DNA of 64,000 bases, taken from NCBI RefSeq assembly GCF_009914755.1, contig NC_060933.1; one strand, 5' to 3'. Made by a program: the position numbers and the translations under genes. How positions within the stretch are numbered: the first letter of the stretch is position 1; each line of letters begins with the position of its first letter. The DNA is from the human T2T-CHM13v2.0 reference genome, Homo sapiens. The notes under the pieces were generated by a model. The model was not told the DNA's origin, made no database searches, and was given only the letters and a program-made list of their open reading frames with translations. Positions 40,484-53,994 of the stretch are shown in pieces.

Positions 40484-41259
40484 TATAGGGTGGTGCCGTG
40501 AAACAGGAAAATAAGGGTAGTGTTCAGACACACAGGTATGTGGCTTGAATCAATTAATGCGGAAAATACATTTTTGATTGAGGAAGGGTATTAATATAAT
40601 GACATGTCACTTTTTTTGTCTTGAGATAAAGGATTTTGGATAGTTTTGTTTCCTTCCCTTTGATTATCCTATGTTTATAAAGATTGGTGTTTTTAAAATA
40701 TGTGTATTTTTTTACATGATGTCGATTAGAGAAGTCTTTCTCATCCCAAGAAAAATGTTCTGTCTTTCAATTTGTCATAAGTGTATTTGCAGTTGGCATT
40801 GCCTCACATCAATTTCCTCTAAAACATTTTATTGACATATACCTTGCTAAAATATCCACTTGGCCCCAGTCATCCTACTAACTTCTGAATATTTAGTTTT
40901 AAATAATCATTTTTATTGGGTGTGTGTAATACAGTTGTCCTTGGAAAACTTGATTTAAGCACATGTTAAGAAATGGTCTTGCATTGCTCTATCTAAACAA
41001 TAAAATTCTCTAATTCTTTCTCTCACCCCAAGCCACCCTCATTCTTTAAAATGGTGTTGACATAAAATCCACATTGCTTCTAAGAAGAAGAAGTGGGGAT
41101 GAGGGAGTGGAGTATCAAGCATTTCTTAGTAGAAAAAAATAACGTACTACAAAAATATCTTAAATTTGTGTTTTCATTATTCAAAGATACAAAAAAAGCA
41201 AAAAATTCTGATGATAATAACAAAATGTGATGTTTGTTGTTGATTATGTTAATTTTAAA

Positions 41260-41625
41260 AATCAATTCAACAAACATTGAATGACAAGGTTTGTGGGGCA
41301 TATCGAGACAAATATATCATCATGGTCATTTTTCATGCAGTCATCAAATAGCATACTAAAGACAGAGCTATAGCCAAGCTTAATCTGGCACAAAATTGAG
41401 GGTAGTAAGACCAATAACATAAATACACAGGAGTCAGAGGAAGGAGGCTTGCCATCAGCTAAGAGCAATTATAGGATGGTTTAAAACAAAATGGTAGTTG
41501 GAGTAAATCTTGAAAGTTGGGTTCCTTTTAGAAATACAAAAGTGGTGAGGGAAATTTATAAACATATGACTTATGAAATAACATGAGTGAAGATATGAGT
41601 GCAGAAATGTTCTGGACTAGTTTGA
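41260..41625 (-). mobile_element. L2
   Basis: tcaattcaacaaacattgaatgac...cacaggagtcagaggaagga...gttggagtaaatcttgaaag. Confidence 0.55.
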
Positions 41626-41640
41626 GATTTCAAAAAAAAA

Positions 41641-41985
41641 GGAGTTGTTTTCAGTGGGTATAAAGTTTCAGTTATCCTAAATGACTGAATTCTAGAGATT
41701 TTCTGTAAAATATTTTTCCTGTAGTTAATAATCCCGTGTTGTGCATTTCAAAACGTATTAAGAGAGTAAATCTCACATTAAGTGTTCTTACCACCAAAAC
41801 AACAACTATAAAGACAAAAACAAAGGGATACAAGGAAACTTTGTAAGGTCTTGGATATATCTATTACCTTGATTTTGGTAATGGTATCATGGGTGTTTGC
41901 GTATGTCCGAATGCATCAAACTACACATACTATATATCTGAAGTTCTTAGTATATCAATTATACCTCAATAAAGCTCTTAAAAGC
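41641..41985 (+). mobile_element. L1MB1/2-like 3' end
   Basis: gggtataaagtttcagtta...ttaagtgttcttaccac...tatatcaattatacctcaataaagct. Confidence 0.9.
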
Positions 41986-42339
41986 AGAACCTTGAGAGAG
42001 TCTAGCATGGCATGTGGAGGACACAGGAGTATCGTGTGAAATGAAGCTGAAGGCACAGGTTCAAATGGGCCTCTGGAGTCTCGACACTCTTGGTAAACTT
42101 TAGACTTAATCATGTAGACAATAATGCACTTTGAAGGAAGTACATGCTGGAGATTTCAGAAGAAAGAGAGTTCAGAGGCAGGACAGCTATCTGGGAAGGA
42201 ATTTCAACAGTGCACATGGGATGATGAAAGTTTGGACTGTGTCACATTCAATGATGGTGGGAGGAGATGATGGAAGATGTGAACCGTGGAGTGGAGGAAT
42301 CAAGGAAACATCAGCAGAACTCAACCACACATTACTTTG

Positions 42340-42781
42340 TGTTATCAGTTGAATTGTTTCCCCTAAAAAAAGATACATTGAAATTCTAACTTCTGGTAAA
42401 TCAGAATGTGATCTTATAATAAGAGTCTTTGCAGACATAATCAAGTTAATAATAGATCATTAGAGTAACCTAAATCCAGTAACCAATATCCTTATAAGGG
42501 ACAGAAAAGGAGAAGACAGAGACACACAGAGAGGAAGTCCACATAAAGACAGAAGCAGATTATTTGAATGATGCATCTACAAGCCAAGAAACACCAAGGA
42601 TTCCCAGTAGCCACCAGAAGCTACTAGAGAAGCATAGAATAGATTATGTCTCACAGCCTCCAGAATGAACCAACTCTGCTGACACTTTGATTTTGGACTT
42701 CTGGGTTCTACGACAAGAGAATAAATTGCTGTTGTCAAAGCCATCTAGTTCATTGTACAGCAGTGTTACCAAATTAATACA
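42340..42781 (+). mobile_element. MLT1C-like MaLR solo LTR
   Basis: tgttatcagttgaattgtttcccc...gtctttgcagacataatcaagttaa...ccaccagaagcta...ctgctgacactttgattttggacttct. Confidence 0.92.
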
Positions 42782-43036
42782 AACTATTATACCTTGGTAT
42801 AAATTTTTTATCTTTGTACTCTGTCATTTGGCTTCTTTAATTTTCTACTCAGGGCCAGACTTCCATACTTCCCCCATACCGCAAAAGAAATAAAGACACA
42901 GAGTATTTTAGGTATGTAGTTAGGTTATCTAGTACCTTATAATACTTGCAATCAAAGCCCCATTGGCTCCTTTCACAACACAAGTCTGATTCAGGCCTCT
43001 GGATGGTGTCTTCCTATCGCACAAGGATGCTGGGAC

Positions 43037-43435
43037 ATAGGTTGGGTGCTGCTCGGATCCCCTTTCAGAACTAAAGGACTTTTTTCCTAGCTGCTAAAAA
43101 TGCAAAGAAATGCTCTTGGATGAAGAGGGAAGCAAATGATCCTTTCAAGGGAGTCCCCCTTCCTAAGCTGCATCCAGTTATTGGTCTATGCAGGAGTATA
43201 AATGCTCAGCCTTCAGCCACAGCTCAGGACAATTCTGAAAGGCCATTCCAAATCCAGATCTATCTGTGGGGTCAGCTGAACCCTTGTCATGACAGCATCA
43301 TTGCCCAACTTCTCCACCTGCCCAATTCTGCTTCTTTCTCTTACCCTACTTGTGTTGATCCCAAGAAACTCCCTAATAGATTTGCAGCACACTAGTCATC
43401 TTAGCGTCAGCTTCCTGGGGACCACGTCTGCAATA
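43037..43435 (+). mobile_element. LTR16 (LTR16C-like, ERVL)
   Basis: ctcggatcccctt, ctcaggacaattctgaaaggccattcca, gtgttgatcccaagaaactccctaata, gtcagcttcctgggga. Confidence 0.85.
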
Positions 43436-45559
43436 GAACCTGTGTCATACATAAAGCTCAAAGGGTCAATTATGCAATTGTGCAATTATGAAATGTTTTG
43501 AAAGTATGGCCATTCTCAAGATATTTTGATTCAGCCACAGAGAATTAGCACGTTCTCTCTGATAATCTTCATAATCATGCTTTCAGTCTATAAATGTTAA
43601 CTGAGTGATTTTTTGTGGTTGATCACATGTAGAACCTAGGACTCTTGGTGTAATTAAGAAGGGGTCCTTGCCCTGCAATGGACCTCTTTTGAGATCTTTG
43701 ATCACCCTTTTCTTTGAGAACTGTCCACCCAGACCACAATGGTGAAAGTTCCACTGAGGGATACTGCTTCCTGGCCATCACTGATTGCTTCACTGCTAGA
43801 CACTTCACCTACATTGGACCAATCGGATTTTCCTTCACCAGTATTTGGAATTTTGAATTAAATTGCATAGAGATTGTAAGGTTTGGTTTATATTCTGAAG
43901 AGAATACTGTTTTGCCAGGATCATTTTATTTACCTAGAACCATAAAATGTGGTTATAATCTTCAGGCTTCACTTTGATTTTCTTCATATCCTTGGATATA
44001 TCAAAATGTCTTCTCCATACCAGTTTATACAGGCACAAAGAACTTATTCAGATTATTCATAAAATGAACTAAAGTGTCATAACTTATAAGACCTTAGGAA
44101 TGACTTAGTCCAAGAAATTTCCTTTCTTATTTTTCTTTGGCTGTGAAGTTTCTCTTTCCACACCCCCATCAGGCCCACCTCCCATCAACATGCACAGACA
44201 CACACACACCACACACACATACAGTAGTACAATTTTACATGTACTTATATCATCTCTATAGTAGATATAAGCTACTCTTAATGAATAAGGAGTCAGGCCC
44301 AGGATCCTTCATAGGATCCTTCATAGTCTCCTAATGGAGACTACTATAAAAGTGCTACAGCTCTTTGGAATATACTTTGAAAAGCGAGAATATCATACAT
44401 TCTTTCACTTTCCCAAACAAGGATAAAACTTCCCAGGAGGAAATGATGCCACAATTCTTGAGTGCTGAAGCCCAGACTAGAACCTAGTCTCTTCATTCAA
44501 CATAGCAAAATTTATTTTCCTTTTGTTATCCTTTATTAGGCTATTACCAGACATAATAAAACAAAGCCTATTATGTCCTTCATATAGGTCAAAGACAAAC
44601 ATTACACAAATTTAAAACATTGATAAAATTCAAAGTCTATTTAGCCTTTAATAAAGGTTGCAAATATATCTATGTTTCTTACTTTTGCAGAATGTTCAAT
44701 AAATCTACTAGTGTAAAACTCAACCACCAGAAGAAGAAAAGCAAACATATTTTAAACAAACAAAAAAAAATTGGAAAATTACCAACTGTTTCGTCTCCAA
44801 AAATAAAATAGAAACAATCCTATAACCTAGAGTAATCCCAAGTATATAGTAACATGCATGTGTTGCAATATAAAAAAGCATGGAAAGAAGATGATGGTGA
44901 CAATAATGACGATGATTATAGTGGCGTTTTTCAAAAGGCTGGCTGAAGTGAAAACCAAGCTTGTGTTGTCAAAATGCTATTTGGGCTCTTAATTTATTAT
45001 TATTATTATTTCAACCGCCAGCATCTAGACCCTGGCACATATAATAAGATTACCTCTGCAATCAGAAAGACTTTAAAACATTTACTAAATACCACCTCTG
45101 TTCAGTATGTGGCCCAGATATATGAACGCAGCAGCTATTTTTTGAAGCAAGTTGAAATGAGGTAGCTATATCAAAAAACCAGAATTTTATTAACAAGATG
45201 TGTTGGGGGGTAGGGAAGCTTGAGGAGCACATTTTCCCAGGATAAAAAGTATGTTGAAATCATTATTAGGATACAATAAAAAGTTGTTGTGAAAGATACT
45301 TTTTCAAGGAAGGGCTATGAGTTGAGGAGTATGTAAGATAGGAAAAGGACATGAGATTTGCAAAATTAACCTAAGTTCAATTTCTGCTTAACAGCTGAAT
45401 GATCACCCCGTTTCCTGCCTTCTTTTCTCCCTCTCTGTCTCCACTCTGCTGTCTATCTCTTCATTTGCAAATGGGATATTTACTGCACAAGAGGGTCTTG
45501 AGATTTGAGCTAAAAGCGCCGCTTTTAGGTTAATCAGAGGCTAGGAGGTCTCTTTTAGA

Positions 45560-45689
45560 TAGGGCAACCACCCATCCAAGCTTGCTGATACAGTTCTAGT
45601 TTATCTGTTATACTGATTTAAGTATTAACACTTCCTCTTTCACTGCCAAAAGCGTCCCAGTTTGGATGATAAGTTATATTGTCATCCTA
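45560..45689 (-). mobile_element. MER94 (hAT-Blackjack MITE)
   Basis: tagggcaacca...ctctttcactgccaaaagcgtcccagtttggatgataagttatattgtcatccta. Confidence 0.8.
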
Positions 45690-46399
45690 TTTATAGGGGA
45701 TGTTGAAGAAGGGATTTATAGGTAACGAGACAGGTAATGTTATTATACTAGAATTTCAAATATGTTGGGGAAAGAAAGCCAGGGGAGAATGGTCTTTGCA
45801 AGAAAAGGACTTAAGGAAAAAAGGAGATTGTATATACTGAGATCTTTACAACAGGAAGCAGCATGGGTCTAAACCCAGAAGGAAGACATAGAAAGGACTA
45901 CTGAAGGATAAAGATGTGGGGTAGAAGAAAAGAGGAAAGAGACATTTGTTGGAAAAAACTAACTGCTCTGTGATATGGAGACAAAGATAGGTTGGGAATT
46001 TGTGTTGTTTGTTCAGTGAAATAATTTCTGTTTTATAGGTTTATCAACCCAATCAAGAGAATGACCAACCCTACTCTGTAAACCTTTTGGAGACAGAATT
46101 TTCCTCTGGATGCAATGAAATTCTCAGACTTTCCTGTAAGGTTGTCCATTGTATTCAGATGACTTAGGGCTCAGAAAGAGAAATAGACCAGAGGGATTTT
46201 TATCAGTGCCAGGACTCACAGAAAAGGCATCATGATCTATAATCATGAAGAATGGAGCTATCTCTAGAATTCCATTTGGGATTTGGTGCTTCTGATATGT
46301 TCTAGCAAACAAAGCAAAGGCCAAATATGTATTTGAAGGGGCCCGAAACAAGACAGATTTTACCTAAACAGAAAAGCCTCAAAGTATAAAGGTTTAAAA

Positions 46400-46660
46400 G
46401 GCAGCTAACATTTTATGAACCTGCCATGTGCAAGATAATGTTTTAAGAATCTTTATGTACATACATATGGAGTACATGTGCTCCTCCAATAGCCTTTCGA
46501 TATTAGGATCTAGATGCCATTACTAATTCTATTTTATAAGTGAGGATAAGGAAACAGGCCAGAGAAGAGGAATAATTTGCAAAAGTTCACATGATTAATA
46601 AAGTTAAATCATTATTCTAATTCAGGAATTCCGACTCAAAACACCAGCTTCTGTCTCTTT
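46400..46660 (-). mobile_element. MIR
   Basis: gcagctaacatttt...gaaacaggccagagaagaggaataatttgcaaaagttcaca. Confidence 0.7.
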
Positions 46661-46699
46661 GTTATATTTCCTCTTGATAGAATCTACAACAGGAATGAC

Positions 46700-46950
46700 T
46701 GCAAGAATCAGGACTATCTAGACTGAAGAAGAGAAGATTCAGGACAGACATAAGCTTTGTCTTTCAACCTCAGAAGAATTGCCATGGGAATAAAGAACTC
46801 AGGAAAAGACAAACAGAAAGCTATAGGAGAAGCATTGCTGTTCAATATGGGAAGCTCTTCCAGCTATTGAGGCTGTGGGACAGTCATCCAGGGAGTCTCC
46901 ACAGGCCGACACTGAATGTGAAAATTGCCTGTCAAGGATGCAGAGATAAG
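46700..46950 (+). mobile_element. L3/CR1 fragment
   Basis: tctagactgaagaagagaagattcagg...tgtctttcaacctcagaagaattgccatg. Confidence 0.5.
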
Positions 46951-47994
46951 CATTTTTCATTGAAAGAAATAATGTACACTTTTAACCCCCAAATTCTCAA
47001 CTCTTAAAAAAATCCCAGAGAGCTATGATTTCTACAGATTCCTGTGATGTCTTCAGTAGGGAAAAAAAAAAAAAAAGAAGAAACATACTGGTAGACAAAA
47101 TAAATATTCAACCAGTCAAATGCAGCATTGGCACTGAATATGGCTGCACAAAATGGATCATTTTGTGATTTCCCCCATTCTGGTTTCTGTCACCTTCTCA
47201 AACAATGTTTTCTAACCCTAGATTCTGGCAACAACTAAAATTAAATCATTACAGAAAGAGAGCTCTATATGTTTAGTTAATAATCTCTTTCAAGAAAAAA
47301 CTCACAAATTTCCACAGATGCCTTTGGCAACACAATTTGGAATTATGTACCCTTTACAGTAATGTTCTTACTTAATGTGTAGCTGGATTTCACCAAACTC
47401 ACTCTTTGTCCTAGGATTGCGTGTCTGCTGTGTGCTGAAATTAGTAGTAGAGATAGTAATGTGGGGAGTTTCCTCCCTTAAGGAGCTCACAGTCTCCTGA
47501 GGAAGAAGGGCACGTCAACAGGCCCCAAAAACACATGTAATAAGGGTTGTAAAAACAGTAAATACAAAGGCCTGTAAAATATCATCTCATCCTAACGAGG
47601 GCATGTTGCTATTACTATGGTGAGAAAAAAATTGTATTATAAAGACCAAGATGCTGTAGTGAAGAATCTAAATCTGAGTCCCAAGGACCACATCACAAAG
47701 AGGCAGGCAGTGACTCAAACCTGGCAAACAACATAGAGTCAAACAGGCTGTAGTCCTGTCCTGCTCCTTATTAGTGGGTGATTGGACAGAGTGTTGGCTT
47801 GAGAGAACTTGCTGTTCTTTCAGTGAAACGGAGTGTCTTTCTGCCCAACACCTCAAAACAGATGCAAACAGCATCCACACCAAACAAATAACTGTATGGA
47901 ACCTTCCCAGAATATTTTTTTCCTCCTTACTTAGAGTGGTGATGTGGAATTCACACTACATTGTCATAACAATAAAATAATAATAATAACAAAC

Positions 47995-48190
47995 TCCTGG
48001 ATTTGATTCCAGCTCAGTCCTTAGTGGGTGATGGAAGGTGGGCATTACAATGAAACACTGTAAGTCTTTATTTACACACCTAGAAAATGAGAATTGTTAT
48101 CTGATCCACATTTCTCAGGGTTGTTGGTAGGATTTAGTGAGATGCTGTCCATAAAACTACTTTCTAAACTGGGAAATATTGTCCCAGCAG
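47995..48190 (+). mobile_element. MIR
   Basis: cctggatttgattccagctc...ctcagggttgttggtaggatttagtgagat. Confidence 0.6.
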
Positions 48191-48329
48191 TGAGACGGTA
48201 CAATTGATACAAAACTAACTGTTAGCATTGTTCAAAGAAAAAGTCTGGTTTGAGAAAGCAGTTAATTACTGTTAATGAGGATCATATTCATAACAACTTT
48301 TTAACAGAATGAAATTAGTCACCAATCTC

Positions 48330-48565
48330 AAGATGCCCCCCTTGTCACACCCTATCATATCAGTCCTTGATTTCTGTGGTCACACTTTTCACTACTTGAT
48401 GTTTCTTGTTTATTATTTTGCTGTGTTTACTTGCCTGCATTAGAACATGACTGCCTCATAAGTGCTGACCCTATCATAGTCAGTGCTCCATTCCCAGTGC
48501 CTGAAATAGTCATGATCATGGAGTAAGCATGTCATGTGTGATTATGGAGTAAATACATAGGTGCA
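48330..48565 (+). mobile_element. L2 3' end
   Basis: cattagaacatgactgcctc...ttcccagtgcctgaaatagt. Confidence 0.55.
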
Positions 48566-49544
48566 TTCATAAACAGACTGGATACGAAAGTCACTTGGAA
48601 TTAGTCACTTTTACATTTTAGGGTCTGATTTTCTTTTTCAAGAAAATGAGATCATTGGACACACAGTTTTTTAAGAACCCTTTAAATTATAATAATAACA
48701 CACCTAAAAGTCAGATAAACAAAATAAAATTGATTTTTCCCCAGAAAGAGTACATCAAAAAGTCCAAAATAAGTTAAAACCCAAATTTTAACTAAGAAAC
48801 TAAAACAGTACCAGAAGCCTCTTGCATTTCTTTCTTTGTCCTCTCATTTACCTCTTTCACTTCTGTCCATGCCGTCACTAATCCAGTGACTGGATTCTAA
48901 CAAGATTTAGAGTAGAGGCTGCATGTGAACAAGGCCCACTGGAACCAGGACCTGTGATGAGATTTTCCTCCTTAAGGTAGCTCTTATGTGCCATCTCACT
49001 TCCTTCTCCATTCTTAGTTATCTGCTGAATTCCCAAGATGTGAAGAAGAAAGCACTATCACTGGCTTGAAAGATTTCAGGGTCTAGGATGGAAGACAAGA
49101 ATGGAAGAGATAAATGCAACAAAATACATACATGTGGCACCAAGGAGGAACAGAGAAGGGTCAGGAGGAATCCAACAATGCTCTCCAATAAAGATAACCC
49201 CTGAAAATAGACACTACATGAGCAAAGCCACAAAAACTTGAAGCGGCATGATGAATTCCACAGCATGATGAATTCGAGCAGGTGCCTATGAAAAGAGGAG
49301 ACAGTCAGAGGTGGGTTGTGGTAAGACACAAAAAGGGGATAGATTTCTCACAGTCTACCCCACTATCTGAGATGTTCTGACAACTTTCACTACCTGATCC
49401 AGTTCTTGGATTCCTGTGAAACTTCTAAGTATTTTGCCTTGTCAGTCCCACCCATTCTACCATCTTTGTTCATGAACTCTCTATGTGAACACAGATTCTC
49501 CTGGTTCAATTTACAGTCCAGTCCCTCTACACCATTAATGAAAA

Positions 49545-49870
49545 AAACAAGTAATTGTTGCCAGGACAGAAAACCAATTTGAATTAACCTAGGCAAGAAG
49601 GAAGTTGTTTGTCTTTATCTTATGTAACTGAGAAGGATAGTAGTTGAACTGGGAAAACTGGAAAAATCATTTTTCCATGAAGCCCCTATCAGTTTTCAGG
49701 ATTAAATCTTCTCTGATTTAACACCAAAGAAAGAAAAGAGAGAGAATTTCTTTTCCTCCTACTTTCAGTTTTTTTGTTTGTTTGTTTGTTGTTGTTGTCA
49801 TTTTTAAGGTACAGTCAAGAGTCCTGGTTGGTTCAGCTTAAGTTACATATTCACCCTCTAAACCCATTGC
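49545..49870 (-). mobile_element. Old MLT1 (J/K/L-like) fragment
   Basis: ttgttgccaggacagaaaaccaatttgaattaacctaggcaa...tgtaactgagaag...ggttggttcagcttaagttacat. Confidence 0.5.
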
Positions 49871-51204
49871 TTGATGAGTGAGAGTCTGGTTTTAGTCCAA
49901 ATTGTTTTGGGAACCCAACTTTGGAGGAGTCTCTGTGTTCCATAACATTTCTTCTAGAGCACTTACTATCTAGGGAAGGGAAGGTGGGAGTTGAAGCAGA
50001 GGAGGAATGTTTGAATGGTTGCTCAAAGAAGAGAGGAGGATAGCAGACGTGGACACTAGTACTTGAGCTAGGAAACCCTCCTAATTTGTGTCACCTCATT
50101 GTCCCTTCCAACTCCCATCAACAGTTATTGTCTCTGTTTACTTTTCTTATAGTGTGATCCGTGCCTCACAGACTTTAAACCCTATACATTTACCTTGAAA
50201 ATGAGTCTAAATATGGCTACTCATCTGGGAATCTGGAAGAAAAAAGACTTACAATATAAAAAGGGATGTCAGAAGCCCATGCAAATGTTAATACCGTGGG
50301 TCTTCACAGAACCTATTCCTGAGACTCAGAAATTTTACTAAATCTTAATGAACATATATCACTGACTTTGTGCCCCACAATGAATGAAGAGAAGACCACC
50401 AGAACTGTGGATGGGGAAGCAGAAAGGGACATTACTTCGAGGCAGGCACAGACATTGAAAGACAGGAAGAAACCATTTGAAAAAGTAGAAGCATCTGATG
50501 CCCTTAGTGGAAAAGTAAATAAATCTAGACCCCTCAGGACGGCTCTGAGAGTATCACTATGGGTCCAGGACATCGCTACTCTCACTGCAAGAGTGAACAT
50601 GCAGAGAGATTAGGCTCTTGGTTCCAGAAGAAGCACCTGGGACATCCCTTTTTCCAGATTATAGCATCTGTGATGGCTCTGATGATACTCCCCCATACAT
50701 GTCAGGGAATGTATGTCAGGGAAGCCTTCTCTGTAGGGAAACACAAGGTCAGACTTGCTTATACTCGAGTTCAGACCAGGTTTTTGGAGTCAGGTGGGTG
50801 TGTGTAGATATTTTTAAGCTACAAGACTCAGTGTCACCAAAAGAGCCAAACAGCTAGCCTTTCTTCTAGTTTCCAGAAGACACGTCAGTGTACAGGTTTG
50901 AGTGAGGAGTATGTTCCCTTGGCCATCATCCCAGGCCCCTCTATGGCTCTGCCAGAGTTGGGATGCGTGGGAGGACACAGCTCATTGTGGCAAACCTCAG
51001 CTCCCTGGCATGTCTGACTCTGGCAACCACCAAAGGTTAAAATAATTTTAATAAAGTCTTAATGAGCAGCCCAAAGCCTCAGAGTTATTCCTGGGTCAAT
51101 GGAGTTTAAGGCAAAATTCTGGCATCAGTCCATTTGTTAGAACCATTTGCCATCATGGTTCATGCTATCCACTCATCTATGAAATATTTGCAGAACACTA
51201 AAAT

Positions 51205-51535
51205 GAGTATTTATAGTAAGTATACCAGGGATCACCATGTGCTAAGAACTGTGCTAAGCACTTTGCTGACATTATTTCATTTAGTCCTCAAAATAAAGCT
51301 GTGAGGTAGGTCTGATTATTACTCCTGTTTTACAGATGAGCAAACTAAGGCTTAGCAAGGTGAAGTCATTTTTCAATAGTTACCTGGAGAATAAATGACA
51401 GTGAGTAGATTTAAATCCAAATCTAAACAACTCCTTTTCAGGGAAAAGGCCTGGGAAAGAAAAAAAAAAAAAAAGAAGATGAAAAAAGATCTAACCAATT
51501 CCAAGCTTGTGTGTTTTCATGCTATGTATGTAACA
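51205..51535 (-). mobile_element. MIR carrying a small poly(A) insertion
   Basis: cattatttcatttagtcctca...gtgaggtagg...ttttacagatgagcaaactaaggcttag. Confidence 0.9.
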
Positions 51536-51559
51536 CAAAGTCCTCACATATGAGTCAGG

Positions 51560-51885
51560 CCCCATGTTAAATATGGGGACATAGAGATAAATAAAATAAT
51601 GTTTCTATCCTCAACCTTTTCATAGTCTAATAACATAGACAAATAAGTAAATAATTACAATACAGTAGCTTATGAATAATGTCCTATGCAAATCTTGGGA
51701 GGCTATGAAAATACTGAGGAAAGGCAGTTAATCTGGTTTAGAGGATCAGAGAAGGTTTCCTAGCAGGGGTGATTCAGAATGGGATTTAGAAGAATGGGTA
51801 GGGCTTAGTCATTTGGACAAAGCAAGAATGGAGTGATCAGGACATGAAGAATCAAGAATTTGATATATTTAAGAGACTTCTGGGT
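51560..51885 (-). mobile_element. L2
   Basis: tggggacatagagataaataaaa...taattacaatacag...atcagagaaggtttcctag. Confidence 0.7.
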
Positions 51886-52794
51886 AGTGCAGTAATGCTC
51901 AAATTTACATTAGGCAACAGGAAACCAGGAAAGGAGTTTATTTGGGGAGAGCTGATAGCTGCATATCCAGAGGCTCACTCTAGCAGCACCTTGGGCCCTG
52001 GGTTGGCAGTGGAGAGCCAAAGGCTAGAACCCCAGTGAAGAGCTGGGCAGGCATGTGTACTCTGTCTCTTTTGCCATTGATGGGCACATTGTTTGAGAAC
52101 TGGCGCATGTGGCCATTTGTTTTCTATCTGTTCCTTCATATCTTAGGGGTCCTAATTAGTCTCCTGTAGGTCCCTGCAAAGCTATTCAGGCATAGAAACT
52201 GAAAAAAAATCCTAAAGTTTGTGATTTTTTTTGTGGTTACGGCTGATTAAAACCACATTTGACAAAGCGTAAGGAAGAAAATACCCTGTACTTGACGGCA
52301 GCATGTCAGAAGGGACATGAACGATTAGGTGCCTTCCTCTGCATTACGATATCCAATGCTGATCCAGAAACTGGCCTGCTGGAATTCCTTCTGATGCTGG
52401 ACTATAAGGAAGGATCATCATGAGTCACAGAAAGCCTCTACCTAACCCCTTCTCACTCTGTTGGGACAGTTAAGCAATCCATATCTTCTGGTGAGCTGAT
52501 GCCTTTCTTCTCCCCTAACTGCTATGAGTGTGGCAAAGTTTTACATCCTGCTTTGCCTCCAATAGGGGAAGAAATATAGTAAATCACTTTAGAGAAAAAA
52601 AGGCTGTTGTGATTAATTTACGGGAAAAGAAAGGTTAAAGAAAATATGCAGTGTATAGTTGGACAAAGTGTTAAAGAAAACAACAGGGAAGTTTGCAGAT
52701 TTGGGGGACAGCCCTAGGGTGATGTTGAGGAAAGTGGTACAGGTGATTGGAAATAGAATTCACAGGGAAAATAGTGAGGAACTAAGAAGTATTG

Positions 52795-53010
52795 CCTGCC
52801 TAAAGATGAGGATTGTACATATACATTGATTTTCTTATTCCTCATAGTAATATTGTGAGAGAAGTATCATTAAGCTCTCTTATGGGAAAAAAAACATTCA
52901 AAAGAATTGAATTGTTAGTCAAAAAAACATGCAGCTGTTAAATAATGCAAGTGGGATTTGAACTCAGGTCTGTTAGACTCCTAACCCCTTGTTTCTGAAC
53001 TTACCACATA
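52795..53010 (-). mobile_element. MIR
   Basis: gggatttgaactcaggtctgttagactcc. Confidence 0.7.
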
Positions 53011-53289
53011 AGTGAATGAAGTATATTTTTGTGGTTAGTTAATCAGAAGTAGACCATATAATTTGATTAGTCTGATTTTAATACTTTAATATTATTCTAA
53101 TTGTGGAAGCAGAATTTTAGACCTTACTCTGTAGCTCAACCACGTAAAACAGAAATATCATTAGGAGATTCACTCAACAGGGAAATCAATCATACCCCAT
53201 GCCTCCATACCCCTATCCTAAGAATGATCCACCTAATCTTTTGAAAAAGTGTGATAAAAAGTGTCATATTGTCCTGAGTTTAAATTATA

Positions 53290-53480
53290 TCTTTCATTTT
53301 CAAGCTGAATGAACTTGATCACATTATATTTTGTTTTCCCACTTAACTCAGTTATTTCATCTGTAAAATTGAGATATTTTATACTTCACAAGTCAATCAT
53401 TAGAATTAAATAAGATAATTTTATTAGAAAGAAATGGCTAGTATAGGGTCTGGCATACAGTAGGTGCTCAATAAATTCCT
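53290..53480 (+). mobile_element. MIR
   Basis: ctcagttatttcatctgtaaaattgag...tctggcatacagtaggtgctcaataaat. Confidence 0.8.
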
Positions 53481-53712
53481 CGTGACTTTAATGTCTGTTA
53501 ACAGGATTAAATGATGACTATGTTATTGCAATTATATTATCACTATTTCCACTGCTGCTATTACAGTTGCTGTGTCTAAAGTTATTTTCCTTGAATAAAG
53601 AAATTCTGTTGATTACTTCTAATGAAAATTGAATATCTTTCTTTGATTCTCCCCTCCCCCACACTCCTTTGGCATTTTTCCATGGAAACAGAAGGAGACT
53701 GTTGGAAAAGAA

Positions 53713-53714
<2 letters not shown>

Positions 53715-53750
<36 letters not shown>
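53715..53750. repeat. (AC)18 STR
   Basis: Read directly from the sequence. Confidence 0.97.
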
Positions 53751-53753
<3 letters not shown>

Positions 53754-53994
53754 TTTGACAGCCAAAATGGTGGAAGGCATCTGCCAAAAATCTACAACTT
53801 TATGCCGGGGCAAACATGTGACTTAATTTTCTTCCACCAGGATGGATTTGTGCTGTCACAGCAAAAATTGATCTTCTGTTTGTGGGAAATTATACACAGT
53901 TTGTTCTTGTCTGTGCTGGGGGAAAATTCAAGTCCAAATCCTTGCTTGAAAATTCTGGCAAATGTTTCCTGCTTCATATCTGTGAATTTTTTTC

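Noticed and set aside
44301-44326. Short duplications and mini-hairpins (aggatccttcat x2; also 11158-11204, 50699-50723, 55750-55779, 19371-19413)
   Set aside because: Too short to exceed the background expected in 64 kb.
49246-49275. Duplicated gcatgatgaattc containing the C-box-like ATGATGA
   Set aside because: No suitably placed D box or terminal stem seen; explained as a short tandem duplication.
50530-51110. Possible very old LTR-like sequence
   Set aside because: Could not assign a family or boundaries with confidence.
51432-51445. ccttttcaggg resembling a histone mRNA stem-loop
   Set aside because: Lacks the GG...CC stem base, the conserved flanks and any histone coding sequence.
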